A stretch of 64,000 nucleotides of DNA from assembly GCA_951406725.2 (NCBI GenBank), contig OX597814.1, forward strand, positions 200,570,001-200,634,000, read 5' to 3'. Source of the stretch: Octopus vulgaris (lineage: Eukaryota). The translations under genes and the position numbers were made by a program. Below the pieces are notes generated by a model, which worked only from the letters and a program-made list of their open reading frames with translations, had not been told where the DNA came from and did not search any database. This document shows positions 50,659 through 64,000 of this stretch, one piece after another (within the stretch, counting starts at the first letter, position 1; every line of letters begins with the position of its first letter).

Positions 50659-51644
50659 GCACTTCTTTTTAATCAAACAGTGGTTTTCAACATACTTTTA
50701 TTCTTGAAAATTTCAGCATGATTCAACTTTAATTCACAGTAACAGAAAACTTTACAGTGAGATATATTTTCTTTTAACATCTTACTCTCTTCACTCTTTC
50801 TTTCCATTCCTTTTCTTTTTTACCATTTCTATTTCTCTTAACTTTGGCTCCTCGTTCTTATTCTCATTTTTTCCCCTTGCAATGGCATCTCTTTCTCAAC
50901 TACATCTATTCAATTTTTTTCACTAAAAATACCTGAATACAAAGATTTTCATTTTGTTTATTGCCTCTTTTTTTTTTTAGTCTCTCACCACCTCTATTCT
51001 TATAAGTCTGCTCTTCTCTTATTCTGTCTTATCCTCATTGTTACATTTACTTTCTTCCTCTCTTTAAATTAGTTCTTTTTCCATTAAAACTGTTCCTCTC
51101 TTGCTCCTAGCCTCCGTTTTTTGCTTGCAACACACTCTCTCTCTCTATCTATCTCTCACTCGCTATAAAACTGCCCAGAGGGTGGTGTTTCAGCCAGTAC
51201 AAATGAATAAGCTAAGTCACCAATTTCTCCCCTAAAATCTAAATGATATAATACCATAGTCAATAAAATCCAGAAGCAAAATTTGGACAATGCTATACTA
51301 ATACAAAGAAATTATCCAGGCACCAACATAATGTAAAACTTGTAGCATTATAAACAAAGAAAGGATAAAAATCTTCCTGATATATTTTTCATAAAATGGG
51401 AAAGATGAAATTATGTTTAACTGGAGTAGCCACAGGGCTTATTTTTTCCTTTGCTAACGCAAGCAGAAATATTTGTTGGATTCTGCAATCCTCAATTATT
51501 TAAATAATTCCCTTAAGGTAGCCTCAACAATACTACACTAATTTCATTTTGTTGTAAATAACAAGTACTTGATTCATGTTTTGGTAGCATTGGCTATACT
51601 ACAAAAAAGCAATAAATACAACTGCTATAGTTTAAGACCTAAAA

Positions 51645-51990
51645 ACTTTCTAACTGCATGGTTCTGAGTTCATTCCCACTGTGTAGCACCTTGGGCAAAT
51701 GTCTTCTACTATAGCCTCAATCCAGCTAAAGACTTGTGAGTGGATTTGGTACATAGAAACTGAAAGAAAATTGTGTGTTTGTGCCTGTCTATGTTTGCCC
51801 CCCACCACTGCTTGACAAGTGTTGGTGTGTTTATGTACCCATAACTTAGCAGTTCAGCAAAAAAGATTGATAGAATAAGTAACAGGTTTAAGAAAAAAAA
51901 GTTCTGGGATCAATTTACCCAACTAAAATTCTTCAAGGTGATGCCCCAGCATGGCCATATTTTAATGACTGAAACAAGTAAAAGATAAAA
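51645..51990 (+). mobile_element. SINE family A
   Basis: CACCTTGGGCAAATGTCTTCTACTATAGCC ... ATGACTGAAACAAGTAAAAG. Confidence 0.85.
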
Positions 51991-52290
51991 TACTATAAAG
52001 TGTAATTTTAAAATTAGAGTTCCAGTATTTTCAAGGCTTTGGTCAGCCCAAGGCTGACCTTTAAAAAGGTTTTCAAACAAAATAAGCTGAGCAAAAATTA
52101 CCCATATATTCAAAGGTAGCAACAACTGTGATTTCAATATCTACTATGATGTCGGTTTTCTCAAAATTTCAACAGCATTTCAGATTCACCAACTCTGAAA
52201 GTATCTAAGTTTAATATTGATTCCACCATCAAGAAGAGCCATTCAATAATTAGTATTTATTCCCAAGGTCTAAAGCACAAAAGCTTAATT

Positions 52291-52650
52291 TAGGCACAAG
52301 TGTGGCTGTGTGGTGGGAAGTTGGCTTCTGAATCACATGGTTCCGAGTTCAGTCCCAGTACAAGGCACCTTTCAGAATAGCTTTGGGCTGACCAAAGCCT
52401 TGACAGCGGATTTGGTAGATGGAAACTGAAAGAAACCTGTCATGTGTGTTGTGTGAATGTGCATGTAAAAGTCTTTATGTTTGCATTTGTCCCTCAGCAT
52501 CATTTGACAACTGATGTTGAGCAGTTCAGCAAGAGAGACCAATAGAAAATGTACAAGGCTTCAAAGGAATTGGGGCCAATTCCTTCCACTGCAATTTATC
52601 AAGGCAGTGCCCTAGCATGGCCACATTCTTATGACTGGAAAAAGTAAAAC
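52291..52650 (+). mobile_element. SINE family A
   Basis: AGGCACAAGTGTGGCTGTGTGG head, GACCAAAGCCTTG middle and GCATGGCCAC..ATGACTGGAA tail. Confidence 0.8.
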
Positions 52651-52919
52651 TTTATGTATCCCACCTTAATGGGCTCGCCTTGCTCACTACGCATTGTCTC
52701 AATGTATTCCAACCAACTCAGTGCATTCCTCCACCCATTTCCATTCCCCTCTAATAGCCTTTTCAGAGTAATAGAGCAAGAGAATAGCAAGTCCTAATCA
52801 AATTTCCTGCTTAAAAGTTTTCGAGATAAGTACCATCTCACTTCAATGACAATAGGCGCAGGCATGGTTGTATGGTAAGAAGCTTGCTTCCCAACCACAT
52901 GGTTCCGGGTTCAGTCCAG

Positions 52920-53731
52920 CAGTGAAATATGGGCCATGAATGTTGAGGACATGTGTAGGCTTGAAAGAAATGAAACTAGTATGATCTTTTGGATGTATAA
53001 TGTCAGTATGTAAGCGCCAGAGTGTAAACACCCTGAGAGAAAAGCTAGGCGTAAGAAGCATCAAATGTGGTGTGCAAGAAAGGCGACTCTGCTGGTATGG
53101 CCATGTGTTATGTATGAATGAAGACAGCTGTGTGAGGAAGTGCCACTCCCTAACTGTGGAAGGAACCTGTGGAAGAGGTAGACCCAGGAAGACATGGAAT
53201 GAGGTGGTGAAGCATGACCTTCAAACATTGGGCCTCACAGAGACAATGACAGGAGACTAGGACTTTTGGAGATATGCTGTGATTGAGAAGACTTGGCATC
53301 TAAAGTGAGATTGCAGCTACGCATATCCGGCCCTGTTAAGAGTACCCCTGATGTGTCAGACAATATGATATGCTTGAAAAGACCTGTTGAGTCAAGTAAA
53401 ACCAATATCGTAGCTGGGGTCAGAGCCCTTGAGTATAATGCACCATCTGAATGTGGTTGGTGCCAGGTCTGCCTGACTGGCTCCTGTGCCGGTGGCACAT
53501 AGAAAGCACCAACCTATTGTGACAGTTGCCAGTACCCTGACTGGCTCCTGTGCTGGTGGCACGTAAAAAGCACCCACTACACTCTCAGAGTGGTTGGCGT
53601 TAGGAAGGGCATCCAACTGTAGAAACATTGCCAGATCAGATTGGAGCCTGGTGCAGCCACTGGCTCCCCAGACCTCAGTCAAACCATCTAACCCATGCCA
53701 GCATGGAAAATGGCCGTTAAACAATGATGAT
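52920..53731 (+). mobile_element. 5'-truncated RTE LINE between SINE A head (52854-52918) and SINE A tail (~53740-53938)
   Basis: SEIWAMN...LREKLGVRSIKCGVQERRLCWYGHV...VEGTCGRGRPRKTW is an RTE C-terminus. The 3' UTR has a duplicated CCTGACTGGCTCCTGTG unit and a (GAT)n tail. Confidence 0.9.
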
Positions 53732-56182
53732 ATACATAATATTGAGTTTGTCTTTCTCTCTGCCATCACTTAACAACTGATGCTGGTGTGTTTATGTCCC
53801 AGTAACTTAACAGTTTAACAAAAGAAACCAATCAGATAAGTACTAGGCTTACAATGAATAAGTCCTGAGGTCAATTTCCTTTAAGGTGGTGCTCCAGCAT
53901 GGCTGCAGTCAAAAGAATGAAACAAAAGAATAAAAGAACTGTCCCAGCTCAACTTTTGGCTTCCAGTCTTGTGCCATTGTTTACAGGCCAGAGGAAGCAA
54001 TTCTGACTACCAAATTTAGTTTCTTCCTAGCCTTGATAAAAACTTAGTCTACTTTGCTTGCAACAGCTAATCCCATTACAGATGCTGTTTACTAGTGCAC
54101 CAGTAGTAGCACTCCTTACCCAAAGGTTTCAGACACCCTACTTCAATGAAAATTAAAAGATATATTAACATATAGAAAAGCACACTATAGATAAAAAAAA
54201 AATATTCAGAGTTGTCATCATACTACTTTAATTAATTTTAATTAAATCCTGCTGTTACCTGCCCTGCCTTGCATGACCAGAGTTAGTCATTAAAACAATG
54301 ATTTGTTCTCAATGCTATGGATGCAAATTTGATTAATTAAAATTTCTTGGTTTGCCACATTAAGTATATTAGCACAAACTTTAATCTTGCTCAATTCCAA
54401 TAAATTTACCATAAATTTTTTTTAAAATTATTTTGTTTACTTTGTTCAGATACTGGTTGCATTGATTATATTGTAAATGACAAAAAAATATACATATGTA
54501 TATAGGATTAACAGAACTTATTTCTAAAAGCATGAATTGATAATTGTTAAAATTGCTTTAAGAAGTCAGTACAATGCAAATTGGAAATAAAGGGGTGAAA
54601 ACAGAAGTAAATTAAAACACTTCTACTTTATATTCTAATATAAGTGAAAATGGAGGATGGTGAAAAGCTAGTATCTTTTTCAAAGTGTGTTGTTGTACTA
54701 AGCTATAGTTTTTCTAACTTATGAAGTTACTTATTTAAAATTTTCATCACCATACATTTCTCATTCTCCTCACAACCTGACTTTTTCTCCACTTGCGCTC
54801 ATGCAACCTTCTCCTACTCACATTTCTTCCTTTCATCCTTCTCCTGTCTGGTGTATTATTATCCTGCTGTTGTTCACATTCCTACACACCAACTTCCACT
54901 CCTCCTGACCTTCTTCAATTCATGTATCATTGATTGCCCTTCCATCATTCACTACATTCACCCCTATACCTTTCCCAATCTCTTCATTTATTCGCCCCTA
55001 TCTTATCATTGATTCCACTCACCTTGTTCATTATTCAGTATATTCACTACCCTCCACCTTTGTCAACCAACCTTCACTCTCTCCATACAATCTTGAGGCT
55101 TCTACCCAGTTTCCCTATGCGCCTTGTCACCACAGACTTGTCTCTCTCTCCAACTCCACACTGAGTACTGCCATCTACTTTTGTATGAGATCAGCCATAT
55201 ATCTCCTCTATAGAAAGAAACTTGCTCCATCCCCTTCGATCTTACTCTAACCCTTCATCACCAAGCATATAACTGTCTTTCTCTCTAGTGTAGCCCCACT
55301 CAGTCAAGGAAGGTCTTAATGTTGTGAGCAACATTGTTACTACACTAGTGATGGTGCCATGACAAAAAGCCCTCAATACATGGTAAAGTAACTGGAATTA
55401 GGAAGGGCATTCAGCTATAAAAACTATGCCAATGAAGACACTGTGGTATACCATGGTATGAAGAAGATTCAGTGTCTTATGAAGGACAAGACAACTCCTC
55501 TAATGTTGGTGCTATGGTAAAATGCACTCTAATGTAGTTGCTAGCTGCAGAAATCATGCCAAAATGAAAAAAGGACAAGGCACATCTACAAGCACTGTAA
55601 AACTAAGAACTTACACAAACGATGATAATTTGTTCTGCCCATGCCAACATAGAATACAAATAATGATGCATGATTTAAAATTAATGGGGCCATTACCCCT
55701 TCCTGTTACTTTACTTGACCAATATCAACTGCCGAAAATTTGATATCCTATTTTATCTTTATTTTAAGTTTCATCATTATCATCTCTTCATTTATTTTTC
55801 ATGTTAAGACTGATTTGGAAGAGAGCTCCAGCTTAGGACACTACCATTTATTAAGTATTCAATTACAATGATTGGGATTTACAAGTTTGCCTATCAAATT
55901 ATAAATAATAATTTGGTAAATTAAAGTTAACATATTTAATACAATGCATTAGAAAGTTAACCAGAAATATATTAAAAGTGATATCAGTAAATGATTTATG
56001 TGAAAAAATAGAAAAAAATCTTCAGTAAGTACAGGGGAAAACACTAGGTATGATTCCCGACCTTATCAGAAAAGCATGTCATTGACCAATGTTTTTTTTC
56101 TCCTAACTATATAGATCTTCACTTAGCCTTTTAAAGTTCCATACTTTAGCAGATTCCACTTTCTGTAAGTATTCTATGGGCA

Positions 56183-56590
56183 GACACCCATAAAATTATC
56201 AACCATCGTACAAACAATAACTCTGAGCACCTTTTCAAACTCCACCCATCTAACACCTGTGGACATATTTACAACGTAAGAAAACAGCACAGCTCCCATG
56301 ACTTCAGGAAACATTTTTTCATGCTGAGAGTTGCTGAAGCATGGAACAAACTGCCAGCATCAGTTGTTAGTTGTCGGAGCACTGCATTCTTCAAAACTTC
56401 CATGCTTCCTGAGATTCGCCAACACTACACTTGATTTTCTCCCCTCCATACACACACAAGCATGTATCTGACTCATGCATTGTTCGCTTTCCAGACATTT
56501 CTACATTACTGTATGTACTTTATATGCACTTTCTGACAAGTTGTGGTGCACCTGAGCACTGTATACAATAATTTCATTATTATTATTATT
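56183..56590 (+). mobile_element. CR1-clade LINE 3' end
   Basis: DTHKIINH...SNTCGHIYNVRKQHSSHDFRKHFFMLRVAEAWNKLPASVV...FK (cf. TRGH..K....R..FFS.RV...WN.LP..VV), then a short UTR and an (ATT)n tail. Confidence 0.88.
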
Positions 56591-57364
56591 TTTATTCAAA
56601 GCAGATCTCTTGCTAGATAAATTGATATCTTGGTGCACTGCTTCCTACAGTAGTAACCCCTGAGGCATGATTTCTTTTCCCATTTTATCCACTGCAGTCA
56701 CGGAAATCCAACAAAAAAGGTCATGCATGCTGCCATTCCTTCTCTGACTAAACCATAAAACATTGCATTCGTGAATGATTTATTTTCTGTATTTCATTAG
56801 AGTTGTTATTGTACAAACTCACTATTCTAAAATATCTACTAAATTAGCTGAAATGCTAACATTCATATAATCAAGTTCAGATTTGACCAAACTAATAAAG
56901 CATTCTAACTAATGAAAGTACATCAAATACTGAATTGATTACTTTGTTCTTAACGCTTTAATGGTGCTGGGATGTTTCCTGTTCTTGGATATCTCCCACA
57001 AGTAATAAATAATGCATTAAATAAATAATGACCTCAAGTACAACAACAGGACTACAACTTAGAATTTAATTGACTTCAGAACTTGACTGGTAGTTATATT
57101 ACTGAAACTAGAGGGGTGAAAACCAAAGTCAAACAGGACTGGGTTTGAAATCAGAACATAAAAATTGCCAATGAAATACAATACAGACGTTAGAATCGAG
57201 GCTTGTGAAACAACAAATCTCATGCCACTGACACAATCCACCATAGATTTTTTTATATATTTCCTACTGCATAATTATTCTGATGTAATTAGCAGGCTAA
57301 TCAAATCTTGTTTTTATTGTCCTACATTCTACATAAAACTATCAGCATATATTTTATAAATATA

Positions 57365-58218
57365 CAGCACATCCCAAAAGTCACTGATGGGTTTCAATTT
57401 TTAATAACTTCCTTACCTTTACAAATAAATGCATGATATTTTGATACAATATAAAAGGCATAATGGAAATTAATATGCACAAGTCAAATTTTGAAATACC
57501 ACAACATTACATATGGATAATGACATCACTTAAATGGCAGCCGTTTTCGGTTTCACACGCCTGTACTCTTTCCAAAACTTGCACCATAACACCCTCAAGA
57601 ATTTCAGATCCTACTTCTCTGATTTCTCTATTGTTGTTCTCTTTCAGTTGCACCAGGGTCTCCAGTTTGTTGACATAAACCCTCTGTTTCAGGTATCCCC
57701 ACAAGAAAAAATCCGGGCTAGTGAAGTCTGGGGGATGTGAAGGCCAGATGACATTGCCATAGTGAGAGATTATTCTTTCTCCAAAACACTGCCGTAGCAA
57801 CTGCATTGTTTTGCTTGCAGTATGAGTAGTTGCCTCCATCTTGCTGGAACCATGTGTGAGGTCTACTTTGAATGGCCTGGCACAAAAAGGTCTCAATCAA
57901 GGATAGCTGAAAGACAGGGTTTATGTCAACAAACTAGAGACCCTGTTGCATCTGAAGGAGAACATCAATAGACAAATCAGAGAAGTGGGGTCTGAAACTC
58001 TTGAGGGTGTTATGGTGCAAGGGCACATGAAGCCAATGATGGCTGCCATTTAAGTGATGTTATTTTTCATATGTGATGCAATGGTGTCACAAAATTTGAC
58101 TTGTGCATAATAATTTCCATTATGTCTGTTATATTTTATCAAAATTTCATGTATTTATTTGTAAAGTTAAAGAAGTTATTAAAAATCAAAACCCATCAGT
58201 GACATTTGGGACAGCCTG
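57365..58218. mobile_element. Tc1/mariner (DD41D-type) foldback derivative
   Basis: TA|CAGCACATCCCAAAAGTCACTGATGGGTTT ... AAACCCATCAGTGACATTTGGGACAGCCTG|TA. The inverted similarity extends about 300 bp. Minus-strand transposase remnant WFQQDG/ATTHTA...WPSHPPDFTSPDFFLWGYLKQRVY has one frameshift and 41 aa between the last two Asp. Confidence 0.9.
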
Positions 58219-59029
58219 TATAATATATATACATATATTTTATAAATATTTATATTTTATTTTACAAATATATAATATATACATGTACTTTATATCTATG
58301 TCACCCTATATAAATGTGCATACACACACACAAGTAGGTGTAAAAATTAATGAAAACATTACTTAGGCAGATTAAACATTTGTAGTAACAATTTGACTTA
58401 GATCTACATTATTAATAGTTTCATAGATGCATAAAGCATATCTGATCATTCAGATGCAAGGATACAAAGTAAGAAGGTAGTCAGGGTTTCTAAATAAGAT
58501 TGATTGTTATTGGTCAAGAAAACTCATTCCTATAAGCAATTTGGGGCACATGATGAAGCTAGTAGTTACTGAGAGTGATTCACTAATTATTACTTTAGTA
58601 AGAACAGTTATGTTAATGCTTCACTGAGGAGAGGTAATAAGAGCAGAACATATCTGGAGAAATCAACAAGACTTACTAGATAGTTTAAATAATACTGATG
58701 GAAATATAATTTCTTGACAATTGTTTTTAATTAGCTATTCAATGTTGATTACATTACATGTTTTAATAACTAAATCAACACTATTTTCATGCAGCAATAA
58801 AAACTGTGCCAAGGCAAACATAGGACTGCTGAATTGTTGGTTCCTGTCAAACTTCCTAACAGATGTCAGCATAGAAAATAAACATTAAATGAAGATGATG
58901 TACAGGAAATAGATTTCTTCAAATGGCCAAGGGGGTCCTTAGAAGTAGTAAATAGTTACTGTCACCAAGGTGACCAAATTAACAGCAGAGGAAGTTGTTC
59001 TGAAAGCACAGTTGCTAGAATAAGAGCCA

Positions 59030-59960
59030 ACTGAGTGAATCCTTTTGACCTACCACTTATAACTCTGGTGTACTTCACATTTTCTCCTCACTACCTCTTC
59101 CCATGCATCAATGACTGGCCTATTTGCTGCTGCCTCCAATCCTTGTTAGGAAGTCTTTCAGTCTTCCACTATTTACACACCCAAGTGTCATTCACATGCA
59201 GCCAAAACAGTTCGTCAAATCTGCACTGATATCTGCTGTCGTGAACAGAGACCACAGAAATATCTCCAATGTAGTAATGCTAATATCTCCTCTAAAAAAC
59301 ACAAAGACATACTCACCATACATCACCATACCTCCACCTGAAATATGGACAGAATGGAACTAGAATCCTGAAGGTTGCTGTTAATGCTAGGCCTAACTAT
59401 TGATAAGGTTCTCTCCTGGTAAATGTATCTCCTCACCAAAGCCAAAACTGCATCACAAAGAGCGGCCTTCTTCTAAGAAACTACTTTAGCTTCCTAATAA
59501 TTTTACCAAGCTCAGGTGAGACCCACAAGACAGTACTGTCTCAGTCTCTGGGATTTACAAACAAACATTCAAGAATACATTTAAAAGGAAGCAGTTCAAC
59601 TGACCAGTTGCAAGTCAGACACTGCCAATACATGCCAATTGCAGATCCACACGTGTGCTGTGTCCTCTTTGACACCACTGTATCAGCCTCTGCTCCCTGG
59701 AGTTTTCTAGTCTCATACCAACTAGACACTCATATTCAATCATCTCTCACCCATACTTCATATCTCGATTCCTTCTTCTTCAGAATAGCTGCTCTCAGGG
59801 ATTCTCTCCCAGTATGTTTTTCCTGTAGCCATCAACTTCCATCTATTCAAAGGAACATTGACTTCAATAATCTCACTTATCTTGGACATCCTGCAAAGGA
59901 CCTGGTCACAGCCCTTTTCCTCCAGACCAATAAAAGACCTAATATAATAATATAAAGTAT
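59030..59960 (+). mobile_element. Decayed CR1-like LINE RT C-terminus
   Basis: Remnants YQAQVRPTRQYCLSLW and SFFFRIAALRDSLP (cf. LYKAQVRP.MEY.S.VW and SFF.RT..LWNSLP). Confidence 0.65.
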
Positions 59961-61261
59961 TGTCTTTCATCTCTCTCCCACAAACGTTTACAGCCACGCA
60001 TTTACAACTGACAACCTATTTAAATGCCCATCTTCCCACCCAACTTTTCCTACATTACTTTCTTTAAAAGTGTATGTAATATCAGTTCACGTTTTTGTTG
60101 CTTATATGATACATTTAATTTTGTTTATTCAATTGATTTCCTTATTAATACAAAGCTAATACACAATATTGGTTAGCTTTCATCTTGCTACTTGTTGATT
60201 CTTATTTGCAATTCTCAACAACAGAAATATTTTCTTGTAGTCCTCAAATTTACGATGATATTATTACTTTCATCAAAATATTCCATCTTTCAACATATGT
60301 TGAAATGTGCAGCATAATTTATTGATATTTCTACCTTGTTCATAATACTGACATATGAAAGGAAATTATAGATGTAGACATACACATAGGAAAATACAAA
60401 GTGAAATGCATATCCTATTTATGATGATCTATTTACATTCATACATTTACATGATTTATATGTGTCTCCACAGACGGAAAGCTGGAGATATCTATAAAAA
60501 AAAATTTACATATATTCTCTACTCATACATATATTTCATTAACTTGGTTTTAGTCATTTCAAAATCATACTGAACAAATATTTTCCTTTATTGTATTCCT
60601 TGTAGAAATGATTTTTTTCATGTTACTTCTGAAAATTCTTTACAAAATACTTAGAACTTTTCCTAGTAATCATATTTCAATGGCTTCCATTCTACATATA
60701 TTTATAAATATTGGCATCATTCCATATGACTTCAAAGCTTTATATCATACCTTTTATTGCAGTTCAAAGTTATTTTCTACTATGTTAATTCTCTTGGTTA
60801 CTTATTGAGTACATTTAATATGCTTTCAATTTCCTAAGAGACACAGAAGTGGCATCAAATACTATTTTTAGAAGATCCTAGGAAAATGTGTCTATAGACA
60901 AACCATGAGTTAACTTATCATAGGTCTTATGAAAAACATAAGTTTCTTTTTACATCTCAATCGATATTTTATGACTATCATTGTCTGAAATTTCAAGGAG
61001 TAAATAACCAACCATAAATGTATTTTACTCTTCAGAAAACAGATACTAACAAAGTCATTTCATCCACTTTATACAATTGGTAAGCATACATGTACATAGA
61101 ACTATCATGATCTCACAACCCTACTATTAGTACTTCATCTTGATATAGAACATAAATCAGCCCAATACCACACTGACCACACAACAAAGAAAGACCATTT
61201 AGAAGGAATGCCAGCCAGTGAGTAATTCATGACCAAAACAAAATCTAGAAATCTTCCTTCA

Positions 61262-61655
61262 TCTTGTACTTGTTTCAGTCATTGTGGTGTAGCCATGCTA
61301 GAGCACCACCATGAAATGTTTTGTCAAATCAATTACCCCAGTACTTGCTTATAAGTCTGGTACTAATATCAGTCGCTTTTGCCAAACCAAGTTATAGCAA
61401 TGAAAACAAGCCAACACCATTTGTTAGGCAATGGAGTGGTGAGTGGGGGACAAACACACATACATAACAGCCTTCCACACAGTTTCTACCAATCAAATTT
61501 ACACACAAGGCGATAGTCAGACCAGGGTTATAGAAGACACTTGCCCAAGGTACTATGCAATGGGACTGAACCTAAAACAACTTGGTTGCAAAGTAAGCTT
61601 TTAACTCACAGTGTTATACCTGAAACAAGCTTCATAACAACACAGCCATGCCTAC
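61262..61655 (-). mobile_element. SINE family A
   Basis: TACTTGTTTCAGTCATT ... AGAAGACACTTGCCCAAGGT ... TGGGACTGAACC ... CACAGCCATGCC. Confidence 0.85.
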
Positions 61656-62064
61656 AACTCACAAAACATAACTAGAAGTAGCAATCATTGTTTACTATTA
61701 AGACATAGGATCATTTTTAAAAAGCAGGCATTTTCTTTTGTTCATTGTGGCCTATTATAATTGTTTGTAACTGTTGTAATAGAGTCATTGATTGGCATCT
61801 CTCCAGAATCAAGTGATGAATAGATATGTTATCACCTCAATATAAATCATAACTGAATGACCAGCCTTCCTTAGATAAGTGAGAGAATGACATATCCAAA
61901 AACTTGCAGTTTTCAGAATAATCTTGAGTTTCAGATTTGGGGGATCAAGAAGACCATACAGTGCTTTCTTGTTGTTATTAGAATAGAGATTGGTTATACA
62001 AGAGTATTTAAGTCACTTGTAACTAACTAACATTTGATTTGTGTTCAAATCATTTTATTGTTTA

Positions 62065-62445
62065 CGAGCAGTATCGCCCGGCGTTGCTCGGGTTTGTATG
62101 GGAAATAACTATATAAGCATTTTTAGAGAGTTATAGCCAAAAAATGCATTAAAAATGGAAAAAAAATGGTAAATTTTTTTTTAAATCGTTGACTTATCGT
62201 AGACATTTTTAGAGAGTTACTTTCCTTATATAATAGCGAAAAAAATGCATTAAAATGGAAAAAAATGGTAAATTTTTTTTAAATCATAGACTCATCGTAG
62301 ACGCGCGCTAATACCCAGAAGGGCTCAATATGAATCACGACTATAAGATACCCAGTTTTGGTTAAACTGCACTGCAAAATGTGGGAGTAGTTAGGAATCT
62401 AAATCATAGGAGACAGACACACAACTTGACTTTTATATATAAAGA
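62065..62445 (-). mobile_element. Non-autonomous Helitron with internal tandem duplication
   Basis: Minus strand runs A|TCTTTATATATAAAAG ... CCCGAGCAACGCCGGG hairpin + CTCG (mutated CTAG)|T. A ~90-bp unit (TTTTAGAGAGTTA...ATCGTAGAC) is repeated twice. Confidence 0.85.
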
Positions 62446-62597
62446 TTTGTTTTAGCCATAGAACTGCAGCTATACTGGGGAATTGCCTTGAGTTTCAGTT
62501 GTACAAACTAACCCTTGCACTCATTCTTTTAAAGTGTTGTACTTATTTTATCAGTCCATTTTACTGAACCACTAAGATACAGGAATGTCAACAAATG

Positions 62598-62722
62598 CAG
62601 ACATGGCCATGTGGTAAGAAGCTTGCTTCCCAACCACATGGTTCCAGGTTCAGTCCCATTGCTTGGCACCTTGGGCAAGTGTCTTCTACTATATCCTTGG
62701 GCTGACCAAAGTTTTGTGAGTG
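62598..62722 (+). mobile_element. SINE family A 5' half followed by purine-rich tract
   Basis: GTGGTAAGAAGCTTGCTTCCCAACCACATGGTTCCAGGTTCAGTCCC...TTGTGAGTGG. Confidence 0.85.
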
Positions 62723-64000
62723 GCTGCTTCAGATGGAGAGAGAGGGAAAAGTGAGGAAGAGAAGATAGTGGTGACATTGAGTAGGCTGGTAATTGGAAAG
62801 GCTGAGATCAAGAGATTGGTAGATGAAAATGGAGGTGTAACGAGAGCACAAGTAGAAGGAAGGACTGTTGGAAGGATATGTAGTGGGGAAGAGATCCACT
62901 GGGGACATATGTATGCAGATAAGTACATGAGGAAGAATGGGAGAAATGCAACAGTTTGTGAGCATTGGTGGGGGGGAAAAGGGAAGGTTCAAAAGATGGT
63001 TATAATCTAATATTCATTCATGTGGCAATTTTTTGTCCCTTAGTTTTATTGTCTTCCTTGTTTGCATTAGACATAATCTGTATTTCTGCATTGCATCATT
63101 CATTTCATCTGTTTGGTGGTGGGTTGCCATGAATCAATTCTAGGCATATGAATACTCTTTCAAATTGAAAATGCCCCAAATTCACTTTTCAAACTGAACA
63201 CTGTGGTTAGTGCGAACAGAGCTTGGAGCATCGAACAATGTTAATAATGAGGAGAGGCTTTAACTAATAGCTTTGTAAAGTGGCTTTCCTGAAGGGAAAT
63301 GTAAAAGGTTAATGCATGAAACTATAAAATATAAAAAGTGAAAATGGAAAAGTTGTCTATTTTAGTATTTTATTTTAATCCAATAATATCCATTGACAAC
63401 AACTGCCAAAGTTTTGTGGATTTTGTAAGTTTCCCTACAATAATTTTTTGATGAACTTCAAGTCAATGAATATTAAATGTTTTGAGGGTTTCACAAATAT
63501 GTTATTAAATTTTGGGTCAAAACATGCAGTAGAAGTAGCTAAAGATGAAAGTTTACCTCTAAATTCAATTTGACATTATGATTATTACACAAATTCCCAA
63601 GATGGCAGAACCTATTCTACAGAAAATACAAAATTCTGTTATCAGATAACCAGTATTTTTACTTAAATGTTTACAATTGTTTTTCCAATTTATGTTAAAC
63701 TTGTTTCTGTCAATAGATTTTGACCTTTAATCTAATACCAAGTTATTTTACAATAACAGCTCAACCCAGTTCACTATCTCTGTAATTAATTGTATCTATT
63801 TACAGAGCTGAAAACAAACTTCTGCTTAAGTATTTGATGTGCTTCTGCATTTGACACTATTGGTTTTCAGCATTTTTTCCCCAAAATGTACTCTCATTTT
63901 ACATTTAAAGCATAGTTTATCAACAGCATCACATTCTTTACAGCCATATAAGGTTCTTGATTTATACTCAAAGTATAAAGAACAATTAGCAAACTGGACA

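Noticed and set aside
51130-51200. TATAAAA after a (CT)n tract as a promoter
   Set aside because: Expected by chance in AT-rich DNA and no downstream gene.
1-64000. CRISPR arrays, operons or other prokaryotic systems
   Set aside because: No regularly spaced repeat-spacer array and no dense coding; the sequence is eukaryotic repeat-rich DNA.

Overview
AT-rich eukaryotic (animal) non-coding DNA, either intergenic or one very long intron. I found no host protein-coding exon I can support, and almost all ORFs in the track are TE fossils or microsatellite read-throughs. The repeat families, the (TA/CA/GA)n load and the mollusc-like 5S and 18S pieces suggest an octopus (coleoid cephalopod); this is an inference from recognition, not from a search. 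Retroelements: three tRNA-head SINE families in many copies, RTE- and CR1-like LINE fossils (one RTE ends in three C2H2 fingers), two copies of a bipartite non-autonomous RTE-like element with a highly structured 5' leader, and Penelope-like fragments in (TA)n tracts carrying minimal hammerhead-like motifs with a non-canonical CCGANGA core. DNA transposons: an internally deleted piggyBac with intact TTAA and TIRs, a DD41D Tc1/mariner foldback made of two right ends, several MITEs, and non-autonomous Helitrons (one with a CTAG|TC head-to-tail junction). Other inserts: a full-length 5S rRNA pseudogene abutting a SINE and an approximately 93-nt 18S rRNA fragment. Boundaries of degenerate repeats were set by eye and are approximate.
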